NCBI GenBank assembly: GCA_950097015.1
Contig: CATNEN010000029.1
Span: forward strand, 5,208,001 to 5,272,000
Direction of reading: 5' to 3'
DNA length: 64,000 nucleotides
DNA from: Macrostomum hystrix
Taxonomy: Eukaryota > Animalia > Platyhelminthes
Shown one piece after another: positions 50,653 to 62,611 of the stretch (the first letter of the stretch is position 1; each line of letters opens with the position of its first letter). The position numbers and the translations under genes were made by a program. A model generated the notes under the pieces. That model worked only from the letters and a program-made list of their open reading frames with translations. It ran no database searches and was not told where the DNA came from.

Positions 50653-53600
50653 GCAGCAATAGCATCATACTTTTCCTGGAATCCAGTTTTAGTTTTTCTT
50701 CCCAATCAGAATCCCTTCCACGCAAACCTAAGAGCCATTGTTCACTGGCCTGTCAGGTCTGATGCCAACCATCAATCCTTTGATTGGGCCTCACAGCATG
50801 GGGCACAGAGCTGCAACAGTGGCAACACACTGACCCTAAGCTACTGTTTTATAGTTTATAGCAGAGCTGTTTAGAATCTTCCTGGGCAAATTCAAAATCC
50901 GACCCCTCCAACTTTAGAATCCTTATCAATCTAAAAAATACTCAAACCTACTTAACCTTACTCAACAACCTACTCAACTTTACTCAACAACCTACTCAAC
51001 TTTACTCAACAACCTACTCAACCTTACTCAACAAAATACCTCAAATTTGACCCAGAAACCTACCCGATATCACCCAGCAACCTACCCAACATCGCCCATC
51101 AACCTACCCGATATCACCCAGCAACCTACCCGATATCTCCCAGCAACCTACCCGATATCTCCCAGCAATCTACCCGACCAACACAACCCACCCAATCCAC
51201 ACCACCCTTGCCGAGATAAAAACAGACCATTGTATCGAATACCTGAGCAGCATCGGTGGCAGAAGCCGTTGTCGAGCTGGCTGATGTCAGGCCATCCAAC
51301 AAGCTGCTGGTCGCGCTGTCAGTTTCGTCCTCGCAATTGTCCAGCTGCGGGTCATTTTGATCGTCGTACAGACCAAATTTTCCCCGCGTCGGCAGAGTGT
51401 AAGTTCCCGTCTCGCTGTGCGCGTAGCCAGAACCTTCGCCAATGTTGTCGACGTCAATTTTGTCGACGTCGCCATCATCAACGCAATGATTGCCGTTGAA
51501 AAGTCGTTCAAATAGGAACCGTTTCTCTCCAACGGGCATCGTCGGAGGCATCGATAGCGGCGGTGGCGGAGGCGGTGGCGGTGGTGGCGGCGGTGGCGGC
51601 GGCGGCGGTGGTTGCGGGGGCGGGGCCTTGACCAGCCGGGCTGAAAGCAATGGAGGAGGCAGCGGCGGCGGCGCTCGCCTTGAAGGCGGCTGACTTGATC
51701 GACTTGTCGAAATTGTCGGCGACACAGGTTTTTCTGCCGCCTTCGTCGCAGCCTTTTTTAGGATCGGAGCGCGGCATCGCGCAGAGGTCGATGAAGGCAG
51801 GGCGGACGCTGACGAAGGGCGAATTTGCGCTGAGGCGGTTGACGAAGATGACGACGGTATGCGCACCGTTCTCGATCCGGTGCCGGATGCGGCAGCAGTC
51901 GATTGTTGTCTTTGTCGTGGTTGCGGCTGCTTCTGCGTAAACTGTTGCCTTCTTTGCAGCAGCTGCTGCTGCAGCTGCTGTTGCTGCTGTTGCTGTTTCT
52001 GAGAGCGCCTGTGGGTGGAGACGGAATACCTAAAGCTAGTGATAATAGTACACCTCAGGGTGGAGATTATGGGACACCTGAGGCTAGAGATGCAGATGGG
52101 ACACCTGAGGTTAGAGATGATAGGACACCTCAGGGTGGAGATTATGGGACACCTGAGGCTAGAGATGATAGGACACCTGAGGCTAGAGATGATAGGACAC
52201 CTGAGGCTAGAGGTGATGGGACACCTGAGACTAGAGATGGTAGGACACCAGGGTGGAGAGAACGGTTTGTCCAACCTGGGCAAAGGTGGCTGCTGCTGCT
52301 GTTGCTGCTCCGAGTGCGCGCGCTGCATTCTCTGCCGCAGCTCTTCCAGCCGCCGCTGCTTGGATTGTTCCCGCTCATGGAAGCTGCGCCTAATCCGCGG
52401 CGGCATTAGCCGGCCGCTTAGAAAATCCGTCGCCGACTCGGTCTCTGACGAAGCAATAGTTGTGTCAGCCGACTCGTCGAATGAAATCACAAACGCCTGG
52501 GCTGGGCGCGAAGAAATCGGCGCCGAAGTCTTCTTCTGGAAGAAGTCACCGATGCGATCCGCGCTAGCAGAATCGTTGTCGAAGGAGATGACGAATGCTT
52601 CGGCTTGTCGAACTGTCGGCGGAGGCGGCGGCGGAGGCGGATGCGATTCCATGGGTCGTTCTGCAGCCACGGAGGCTGGCGGGCTGTCACTGTCGTTAGT
52701 CAAGCCCCACCATGCTGGCTGACCGAATAGTTCTGCGGGTTAATTCGGTTTTAGGCGAATGGTATCTGTAGAAGGTGGATTCTGGACATCCTGAGGTTGC
52801 TTCAGACGCATCAGAATGAATGTAGAACTCCTTAAGATTGAAATGGCACACCTGAGGATAGAAATGGCACACCTGAGGATAGAAATGGCACACCTGAGGA
52901 TAGAAATGGCACACCTGAGGATAGAAATGGCACACCTGAGGATAGAAATGGCACACCTGAGGATAGAAATGGCACACCTGAGGATAGAAATGACACACCT
53001 GAGGATAGAAATGGCACACCTGAGGATAGAAACGGCACAGCTGAGGATAGAAATGGCACACCTGAGGATAGAAATGGCACAGCTGAGGATAGAAATGGCA
53101 CACCTGAGGATAGAAATGACACACCTGAGGATAGAAATGACACACCTGAGGATAGAAATGACACACCTGAGGATAGAAATGACACACCTGAGGATAGAAA
53201 TGACACACCTAAAGGATAGAAATGGCACACCTGAGGATAGAAATTCCATACCTGAGGATAGAAATGACACACCTGAGGATAGAAATGGCACACCTGAGGA
53301 TAGAAATGACGCACCTAAAGGATAGAAATAGCACACCTAAAGGATAGAAATGGCACACCTAAAGGATAAAAATGGCACACCTGAGGATAGAAATCCCATA
53401 CCTGAGGATAGAAATGGCACACCTGAGGATAGAAATGGCACACCTGAGGATAGAAATGGCACACCTGAGGATAGAAATGACACACCTAAAGGATAGAAAT
53501 GGCACACCTGAGGATAGAAATGACACACCTAAAGGATAGAAATGGCACACCTGAGGATAGAAATGACACAACTGAGGATAGAAATGACACACCTAAAGGA

Positions 53601-56600
53601 TAGAAATGGCACACCTGAGGATAGAAATTCCACACCTGAGGATAGAAATGACACACCTGAGGATAGAAATGACACACATGAGGATAGAAATGGCACACCT
53701 GAGGATAGAAATTCCACACCTGAGGATAGAAATGACACACCTGAGGATAGAAATGACACACCTAAAGGATAGAAATGGCACACCTGAGGATAGAAATGAC
53801 ACACCTAAAGGAGAGAAATGGCACACCTGAGGATAGAAATTCCATACCTGAGGATAGAAATGGCACACCTGAGGATAGAAATGGCACACCTGAGGATAGA
53901 AATGGCACACCTGAGGATAGAAATGACACTCCTAAAGGATATAAATGGCACACCTGAGGATAGAAATGGCACACCTGAGGATAGAATTGGCACTCCTAAA
54001 GGATATAAATGGCACTCCTAAAGGATATAAATGGCACACCTGAGGATAGAAATGGCACACCTGAGGATAGAAATGGCACACCTGGGGATAGAAATGGCAC
54101 ACCTGAGGATAGAAATGGCACACCTGAGGATAGAAATGGCACACCTGAGGATAGAAATGGCACACCTGAGGATAGAAATGGCACACCTAAAGGATAGAAA
54201 TAGCACACCTGAGTATAGAAATGACACACCTAAAGGATAGAAATGCACACCTGAGGATAGAAATGGCACACCTGAGGATAGAAATGGCACACCTGAGGAT
54301 AGAAATGGCACACCTGAGGATAGAAATGGCACACCGGAGGATAGAAATGCACACCTAAAGGATAGAAATGGCACACCTGGGGATAGAAATGGCACACCTG
54401 AGGATAGAAATGGCACACCTGAGGATAGAAATGGCACACCTGAGGATAGAAATGGCACACCTGAGGATAGAAATGGCACACCTAAAGGATAGAAATAGCA
54501 CACCTGAGTATAGAAATGACACACCTAAAGGATAGAAATGCACACCTGAGGATAGAAATGGCACACCTGAGGATAGAAATGGCACACCTGAGGATAGAAA
54601 TGGCACACCTGAGGATAGAAATGGCACACCGGAGGATAGAAATGCACACCTAAAGGATAGAAATGGACACCTGAGGATAGACACGGAACAATCACTTTGA
54701 GCTCAGCAGCAGATAAAAATTTTTTTTCTAGAAAAGATGGTTACAGATGAGGATGGTGATTTAAGCTGGCAAAGCTTAGGAGAACAAAATTAGGCCGGTA
54801 ATTACAGAATAAAGCAGCTAGAGCTATTAGGATAAACTCCCCATCCGCTTCATAATCTCGGCTTTCCTTTTTTCTTCACTCAATTACCCTGCCTGTGTCT
54901 CCCTTGCCCCTAAGCCAAATCCTGTCTCTAATTTGCCTGTCATTGTCGAGTCTAAGGAGGCTGAATGACAGATGCAAAGGCCTCTCTGCGAGATCTGCCC
55001 ATGCAATTTGAAAAGACAAGACAAGAATAGCTAGTTCAACAACTAGTCATCAGCAGGGAAGCATGGGATAATTATGAAGGCCAAACTCCCCCGAGCTCAG
55101 TGAGAGAGGCTTTTAATTCAGACTCTGACGGCCGTGCAGGGCGCTCTGGGAACAAATTAGAATGATATTTGTCTCGCCATCGCTTTTGTAGCACTCTGTA
55201 GAGCACTCTGTAGAGCACTCAGTTGAGCACTCTGTAGAGCACTTGGTAAAGCACTCAATAGAGAACTTTGTGGCTCTCCTGATAAGTGTAATGCAGGTAG
55301 AAGCAACATAACAATTTGGAATCAATTATTACCTTTAATTCTTTGTCTTCCGCAGAAAACGCGCGGAACTTCACCCGCCGCTGCCTCGCCTTGTGATGCG
55401 TTCCGCTCCCGCGCCTCATTCGGTTGGTTAAAATCTGCGGTGGACACATTCGACTGTTCGTCCAGACAGGTAGCGGTGGACACATTCGACTGTTCGTCCA
55501 GACAGGTAGCGGTGGACACCTTCGACTGTTCGTCCAGACAGGTAGCGGTGGACACCTTCGACTGTTCGTCCAGACAGGTAGCGGTGGACACCTTCGACTG
55601 TTCGTCCAGACAGGTAGCGGTGGACACCTTCGACTGTTCGTCCAGACAGGTAGCGGTGGACACATTCGACTGTTCGTCCAGACAGGTAGCGGTGGACACA
55701 TTCGACTGTTCGTCCAGACAGATAGCGGTGGACACATTCGACTGTCCTTCTGGACAGATAGCGGTGGACACCTTCGACTGTCCTTCTGGACAGATAGCGG
55801 TGGACACCTTCGACTGTCCTTCTGGACAGATAGCGGTGGACACCTTCGACTGTCCTTCTGGACAGATAGCGGTGGACACCTTCGACTGTCCTTCTGGACA
55901 AATAGCGGTGGATACCTTCGACTGTCCTTCTGGAAAGATAGCGGTGGACACCTTCGACTGTCCTTCTGGACAGATAGCGGTGGACACCTTCGACTGTCCT
56001 TCTGGACAGATAGCGGTGGACACCTTCGACTGTCCTTCTGGACAGATAGCGGTGGATACATTCGACGTTTCTCCGAGACAGGCATCGGAGGACACCTTGT
56101 GCGAATCAGTATTGACTATCGCCTCATCGCAGCCAGTCTGTCCCATGTTGTCATAGCTCAGCAGTTTTTTCTCGTGGTAGCCGCACAGTCGGCCGACTTG
56201 GGCATGTCGGCGCAGGTCGCTCGAGTTCTGCTCATCACCCAGCTGGCAAGCCTAAATTATATTTTTTCAGCAGAAACTGAAATTAGCAGTCGCTACTTGC
56301 TACTAACCAGCCGATAAGCTAGTAGCAACATAAGCGATTGGGGTGAGAAGAACAAGCAGAAGATTACGGGTGACTCAGCGTACAGGAAATCTCAGGGGGG
56401 AGAACTGGGGGGAGGTCAACTCGTCGACCAGCTGCTCTCGTGGGCGAGTCGGCTACGAGAACTGTTTGAGTTGGCCCTATTCAATGAACTATAGTAGTTT
56501 AAGCGAGGGCGAGAAAGGGAGTTCCAGAATGAGTCAGTCAGCTCAAGGAAAAGAACAGTTAGACGCCACCCAATCCCCCCACACAACCACCTCACCGCCA

Positions 56601-58962
56601 CCGCCACTCCCCACCCGGAGAGCTGAAGTGCAATCTCTACAAGTGAGTCAGAAATGACGCACCTCCTTGACTAACATTCGGCTTCTGCAGAAACATGACG
56701 CATTGGTGTGGCATCTAGCGTCTAGCGAACATTCCTTCTAGGAGCCCCCCAAATCTGTTGCGTTGTAGCAGCAAAACTGGTTTGGAACATGACTCATTGC
56801 CAATTAAATTTCTTTCTTGGCAAAGAAATGTAAGAACAGGACTAATTTACTGTCTAGCCACAGCAATTGCGGGGTATTTTCAAAGGCTGTGTACAGCTGT
56901 TGAGTCCATGGACTTCGCTAACCCAAGTTTTTACCCCACAAAATCGATGTTTACGGTGGTGAGTGGCAGAGCGGCGATTCCGCGGCGAGACCACATTCAT
57001 TTGGTGCGCAGTCGCGGAGAGAAGGCTTGGGAGCTTGTCGTGCAATTTACGCTCTTTTGAGGGCCAACCTCCAAGGCCCAGTGAGAGTGTACACTGCCTG
57101 ACGATGAGACAGTAAGAGCATATGTACACACTTGTGTGAGTGTGTGCCTGCGTACGGTATCTGTGTGCGCGTGTGCTCAGGAGTCAGCGAAATGGGCAGA
57201 ATTGCCTCCTCGCTGGCTGCGGGTCTAGTGTCACCAAATTATGTCATTGCCCGCAGCCCTCCTGAAATTATTATTATCCTTATTCTTACCCCACAAAATC
57301 GAAACTGAAGGGAATTGCTTTTCTGGGCTGAGATTCGAACTCCGGACCTCCCATTTAACAGGGCTACAAGCTGCATTGGCTAGCTCGCGAATCAGTTATA
57401 TTCTGCGTCCGTCCAAAAGAAATTTGACAAGTTCTGTGTCAAGAAAACTCAAGAATCACAGAAGCAACAGAAGTTTTCATAGCTAGACCCATATTCGGCA
57501 TTGGATACCTGTACTAGTTTTTTTCAAAACACTCACGCACAGCATCAGCTTTCAATTTTGCCTTCCCAGTGAAGCAGAAGAAACACCTTAACGCAACATG
57601 AAATCCAATTAGTAAACACTAAAATAACAAGAAAACTACACTAAGCGATCTGTCCCGAGACTGCATCCATCCGGCTGATCCCTCTCGTCTGCCTAACACA
57701 TTTTTCAGTATTCTAGAAGAAATCAATCTAAATTTAGAAGCGGAGGAATAGGCTGGCAGGGGGCAGGGGGGGCAGGGGGGCAGGGGGGGACTGGGTGCGG
57801 TCAGTCCTTCGGTCCGGTCCGGAATTTCGCTTTATTGCGCCGGTAGGACGCAGGTTTCATTCGCTTGGTAGGAATGCGAGACAGGAAAGGAGGCTGCAAT
57901 TAGGGACGGGCTCTAAGGTGACTTGGGCTCGCTGGATGGTATAAGCTAAATCTCAGCTCCCTGTGTGTGTAGTTTAACTGTATTCTTGTCTTAGTATGCA
58001 ATATTCATAGTATGCACTTTACAGGAACATACATACACTGAATGCACCAACATCCTTCAAAACTCATTAACACCCTACAAGACATTCCAACACCCTACCA
58101 GACATTCCAACACCCTACCAGACATTCCAACACCCTACGAGACATTCCAACACCCTACCAGACATTCCAACACCCTACCAGACATTCCAACACCCTACGA
58201 GACATTCCAACACCCTACCAGACACTTTAACACCCTACCAGACTCACCAGACACTCGGCCATCACGGTGACGCAGCCGCGGCAGTTTCTGGCCCAGGCCG
58301 GCAGATCCCTAACAACTGAGGCGTCTGATTCGTAGCCTCCGCCGCAGCCACCGCTGCCCGAATCTTCCGACCTCTTTCGGCTAGCTAGGGAGGCAACACG
58401 ATGGCGCCCGCCGCCCGCCGTCGAAGCAAGAGCGGCCGAGTCGGGCAGAAACCGGACAAGCCGCAGCACATTGGAGTCGTAGCCGAATCGCAGCGAGTCG
58501 CCGCTTTCGAGTTGCACCGGCGTCTCCTCGGGAATGCGAATCTCGTTCACGAATGTCTGGACAAGGAGGTGGCGAGGGGATAAGATAAAGGCTCTAATTC
58601 CTAATACCAATCTGCATAAGCTTAGCTCACCCCGTTGACACTGGCCAAGTCTTGAATGATGAATCGCTGCAATTCAAAGTCGAACGACATCAGGGCATGT
58701 TGAGGATCGACGCTGTGCGACTGGAAAAAAACAATAGAATATTACTCTGTAATGAATACTGATTGTCTGGCAGGAGCTTCGACCTCACCTTCAGCAGGAT
58801 GTCACATGAGAGCTCCCGGCCAATCAGAGTTGCCGCCGCCTTGTCTAGCCAGGTGCGGCGCGACATCCGATCAACGGCGCACCAGATCGACTGGGAGGCA
58901 GCGCGGACGTCTTCGTTGGCCAGCTTGCTCTGGGAGGCAACGAATACGCTGTCGTCCTCCAT
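40800..58962 (-). CDS. CEP170: CEP170-family centrosomal protein (N-terminal FHA, low-complexity polyQ/polyP middle, CEP170-C-like helices), about 1675 aa
   Basis: Exons (minus): 58789-58962, 58631-58720, 58248-58556, 55333-56251, 51228-52732 (may contain intron 52009-52275), 44280-44448, 41685-43054, 40800-41291; all phases join. FHA: [57 protein letters not shown]. Family motifs recalled from CEP170/170B: LFGQPAWWG, SETGTYT, and C-terminal VYDTVLAASLLQMSCKLRRCSDELLAKL and LNNCLYNLQAVQYQL. The joining of the halves across 44449-51227 is inferred. Confidence 0.78.
41385..41630. repeat. Degenerate intronic repeat (GACAGCCACCTCACTCCAT..ACACCCATCCCTCA)
   Basis: About five copies in intron 41292-41684. 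Confidence 0.7.
43525..44190. repeat. Purine-rich about 21-26-bp intronic minisatellite (GGAAGCTGGAGAGGAGAGAG)
   Basis: Read directly. Confidence 0.92.
45313..46672. repeat. 81-bp tandem satellite, about 17 copies, rich in short palindromes
   Basis: Period 81 at 45401/45482/45563. Confidence 0.96.
48040..48637. mobile_element. Non-autonomous fold-back/MITE-like element(s): about 120-bp direct repeat plus about 164-bp inverted repeat
   Basis: 48040-48158 matches 48517-48637. Arm 48144-48210 (GCGGACAAACGGGGAATA..CATTTATTTCGGCT..CTAGG.TGGAAGGC) is inverted against 48240-48307. Confidence 0.65.
49380..50345. repeat. 10-bp CT-rich minisatellite ([T/G][C/T]ACTCTCCC)
   Basis: Read directly; source of the SPSLSLTLPH ORFs. 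Confidence 0.95.
50945..51175. repeat. Two short intronic arrays (CCTACTCAACTTTACTCAACAA; CAACCTACCCGATATC[T/A]CCCAG)
   Basis: Read directly, adjacent to the donor at 51227. Confidence 0.75.
52838..54680. repeat. 21-bp intronic minisatellite (GGCACACCTGAGGATAGAAAT) with 22-bp CCTAAAGG variants, about 86 copies
   Basis: Read directly; source of all AHLRIEM / CHFYPQV ORFs. Confidence 0.97.
55438..56068 (-). repeat. 36-bp tandem repeat, 17.5 copies, probably coding (S[K/N]VSTA[I/T]C[PEG/LDE]Q) inside CEP170-like exon 4
   Basis: In frame with unique flanks between acceptor 56251 and donor 55333. Confidence 0.85.
56955..57277 (+). mobile_element. tRNA-derived SINE, copy C (head partly deleted)
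   Basis: GTGGCAGAGCGG joined directly to CGATTCCGCGGCGAG; body nearly colinear with copy B (GCGCAGTCGCGGAGAGAAGGCTTGG..TTGTCGTGCAATTTACGC..GTGTACACTGCCTGACGATGAG..GCCCGCAGCCCTCCTG); ends (ATT)n. Confidence 0.85.
58075..58245. repeat. 20-bp intronic minisatellite (GACATTCCAACACCCTAC[C/G]A) abutting a splice donor
   Basis: Read directly. Confidence 0.92.
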
Positions 58963-61146
58963 GGCGTTTCACACCCGAATGCTTTGATTGTTAATTGTTT
59001 GTTAGAGATGTTTAACTGCAAGATATTATAAAAATATATATAAAGGTAGTTACTGCTATAGAAATGTAGAAAAATCTAAAGTGACAATATATAAAAATAG
59101 CAATCCAGGGAGTGAATCATGGGCACTTTCAGAAAAAAAGTAAAAAGTTGTGTTATCAGTTTTTGCTTTTAAGAAGAAATTGTTTCATGGATTTTTTTAT
59201 TAAACCAACAAGGGTTTGCCCACTCTTTAAGACAGACTGGAAACTGGCAGTAAAAATGATTTTAAATCCAAATAATCTTACAAAAAAAATAATAAAAGCC
59301 CTTTTCAAAACAAAAGTTTTCATAGACATTTTTGGAATTCAAAATGAATGAAGAACTAGGACTATAAAGTGGTCTTTATGTCCATCAAATTACAAATCCA
59401 CTATTTTATCATTAACATTTTAGCTAGCTTCTAAACAGATAAAGGAATATTTCCATTTGAACAACAGCTTGTAACATATTATGTAGCAAAAAATATTTAT
59501 CCGATACGAAGTAAAAAATAGTCAGAGCAAACTCACATTACTATAAAAACAAATGTTCAAGTGGTGAAATTGGGACTTATGGTATGAAAAGTTTAAAATA
59601 ACTATGAAAGACAGTTGGGGCTCCTATAGGAATATGATTTAAATCGGAGCTCCTTGATCTGTAACCCTAACTGAGCACGTGCACGCTATACGTGATCCAG
59701 TGCAATTCCTTGAATAAGTTGAATTTATATTTTCGACGATGCACGCGACACGTGATTTAAAACAAAGTAGTTAATGTGAGTTAGGAAAAATTCAGTAGGG
59801 TAAGTTTCTATTATTTAATAAACGAAAATTTTAATCAAAAAAGAAATAAATATTATTTTAAGTGCTATATTGCTAATCACCTTGATAACTGAACGAAGCT
59901 GGAAAATTGCAATAGTATGTCACGATATTGCTTTTTTGATATTTTTTTGATATTTTTTAATATTGATATTGCAGGTAAGTTTCCGACATATCTTCTTCTA
60001 CGAGGGCATGTAAAATTTTTGCGTTCTATAAATGTCACTTGAGAAAGTAATTTAAGTGAATTTTTATATAACAGAGTGCTCAGTCACGTCTGACTGGGCA
60101 ATTATGTTAGGTTTAAATGTTAAGAATTCAAATACAGGACTGTATAATTTTTATAAAACTAATTTCTATTAAATTCCAGAAAAACTTGCTGATTTAGAAA
60201 ATAGTGAAATTCCAACAATCTCCGATTTTAAGCCTCTAGTGAGTCTTGAAAAGAGTTATATAATATATAATTTTGTCTACGTACAGTTTCAACTTCATAA
60301 CAAATGGTGTGAGCATATATTAATAAAGGTTGCTAAACGAATAAATATTAAAAATACATTATTTTAATTAAAAATATCTCCCTCGCGTGATGCACTTCAC
60401 TTCTAAGCGGCAAAAGCGAAGTTTGCGTGACATTCCCGCATCCTCCAGTGAACCTCTCAATAAAGTCTGGACAGACTGACATGCATAATTACACCCATGT
60501 AGAGCAAGGCCTATCCATGTTCTCGAATCAATTGAGCAAAAGTGCCGCTGGCATAATCGTGTCTGCTTTGCAGTTGGGTGTTCGCCTGTGAAGGAAGAAT
60601 TTTTATGGCCCATTATCTCTCTCCGATCCATAGTTTGAGTAGTTACGCTTGTTATCGGTAAGTGCGCGTGAAGTCGCATCTTTCGAAGTCGTGCTTGAGC
60701 ATTCATTGACTGGCCATTTGGACTAAAAATCAGATTTTCTCCCTCGCCTCCTTCGCCTCCTTCGAATGGCCGGGGTTGGATTTTAAAGTACATTTCTAAA
60801 CATTTTATAGTACAATAATGCGTATAACGTTTATTTTACTCTACACGAGGAAAATGAGAATACGTTGAAAGTTAATAAGAGTATTAGTGTATCTTGAAAT
60901 TCCGGATCTATTGATCTTGAAGCGAATGATTAATTATGAACAAAATTCTCATTTGCATGAATTGCAACAAGAAATCTATTTTAATAAACAGTCAGGTTTC
61001 AGTGATTGTTTCAACTATGACACAGGTAATACTTCTGGCGCAGGGGGCGGGTCTGCAGGGCGTGAACAAACTAATAACCAATCGCCAGCAAGGATAAAAG
61101 TTCATGATTTGTTCCAGGTCTATGCGCGCCTTCATTCATTGGAGAA

Positions 61147-62129
61147 TTACGACGGTGCAAGCAATAGAGACAGCGAACGCTTAGTCATGAGCTTCGGCGA
61201 GGGCGACGGCGATAGTGACGGCGACGGCGATAGTGACGGCGACGGCGATAGTGACGGCGACGGCGACGCAGAAGTCACGGAGGGCGATTGAGACGTCGAC
61301 GGTGATGCCATTGTCAATGAAGGCGAGGGCGAGGGCGTCGGCGACAGCAATAGCAGCTCGGCTTCGGCTCGACGCGCCAGCTCAGCAACATGCCAGTCTT
61401 GTTCCGCACCGTTGGGCACTTCGAGTGCCATGAAGCGCGCCACGCCACGCACGTAGTCGACGTTGGTACCGGCCCTACCTGTTGCCATGGCAATCTGATG
61501 CGCCTGCCAATCTAGGCTAGCCTTGCCTAGATAACGCGGATTGTCCGGCTCGGCTATGTAGGTGTAAGCCGATACATCAACTGACGATGCTGGCGATGTC
61601 AGTGCAGGTCGGAACGCCACCCGGCGCAGGCGATAGCCGCCCAGGTGAGCCTCTCGCTGGCTCAGGTGCGCCAAAGCCGCACTGGCGCCGACGGAGCCGC
61701 GGACCTCGTAGAGCACTCCCCAGGTGCAGGCGGTCGGTTCCGGCAGCAGAGTTGCCACGCGGCCCGGCTGCGTGGAGACAGGTAAAAGAGAGTGAGAAAG
61801 AAATTAGAACTTAAAGCTTGGAATTTCTGATCGTGAGGTCAGAAGTTCGAATCTTATTCCAGGGTTAGCTTCAGTCCATGGACTGAACAGCTGTACACAG
61901 CTGTAGATCTGTCCCAGCAGTTAATCATTTGCTCAGCAATCTTACTCACCGCCTCCTCGCTGCCCCTGTGCCAGACGCTGCCCTGGTAGAAGCGCCTCTT
62001 GAAGCCGCGGACGCAGCCGACAATCCGGCGGCTGTAGGGGAAGCCCGGCCGCCAGATCAGCGAGCCGTAGCCGAAGATGCGCAGCGGTGGTCCGCCGGGT
62101 TCGAATCTCGGCTCCAATCCAGACGACAT
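61147..62129 (-). CDS. CHAC1: Glutathione-specific gamma-glutamylcyclotransferase (ChaC family, CHAC1-like), 266 aa, 2 exons
   Basis: Exons 61950-62129 and 61147-61767 (GT-AG, phase 0). Motifs [70 protein letters not shown]. Confidence 0.93.
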
Positions 62130-62611
62130 GCTTGGCGGAAATTGAAGAGCATAAAAAATAAAGAGGCAGGAATCTTAAAAACACGGCCCTTTAAATAACC
62201 GCCCTGAATTGCTGAATGAAGCATCTGGCGGATTGGCCGGCCATGCCTAGTCCGGGAAGTTGCCTTAGGAGGGCGAGTGAAGGACGCGGAGTGGGGGTGG
62301 GCGACAGCTAACCAGCTCAATCCGCCGGCCCCGCCCACGCGTCCCCGAGTGATTGCGGGGATAGTAAATTTAGGGGGAAAAATATTGCCGCGAGGAGACA
62401 GGCTGGGGAGCTTTTGGGATCATCAGGGGCGCGATTGATTTGGGGAGAGACAACAAAAAATACTTATGGCGGACATCGAGTGTGACGCATTGGCTCTGAA
62501 GAAAATAATAGGAGAAAAATGTGAAACAGAGGACAATAGAAGGTGATGAAATTGATCGAGAATAAAATTTAGAAACGTTGAAATAGCGAAAGAAGGAATA
62601 CTATTTACATA

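Noticed and set aside
60368-60793. 141-aa minus-strand ORF between ChaC and CEP170-like, possible transposase remnant
   Set aside because: Non-ATG start, no recognisable motif and no terminal repeats seen; left unannotated.
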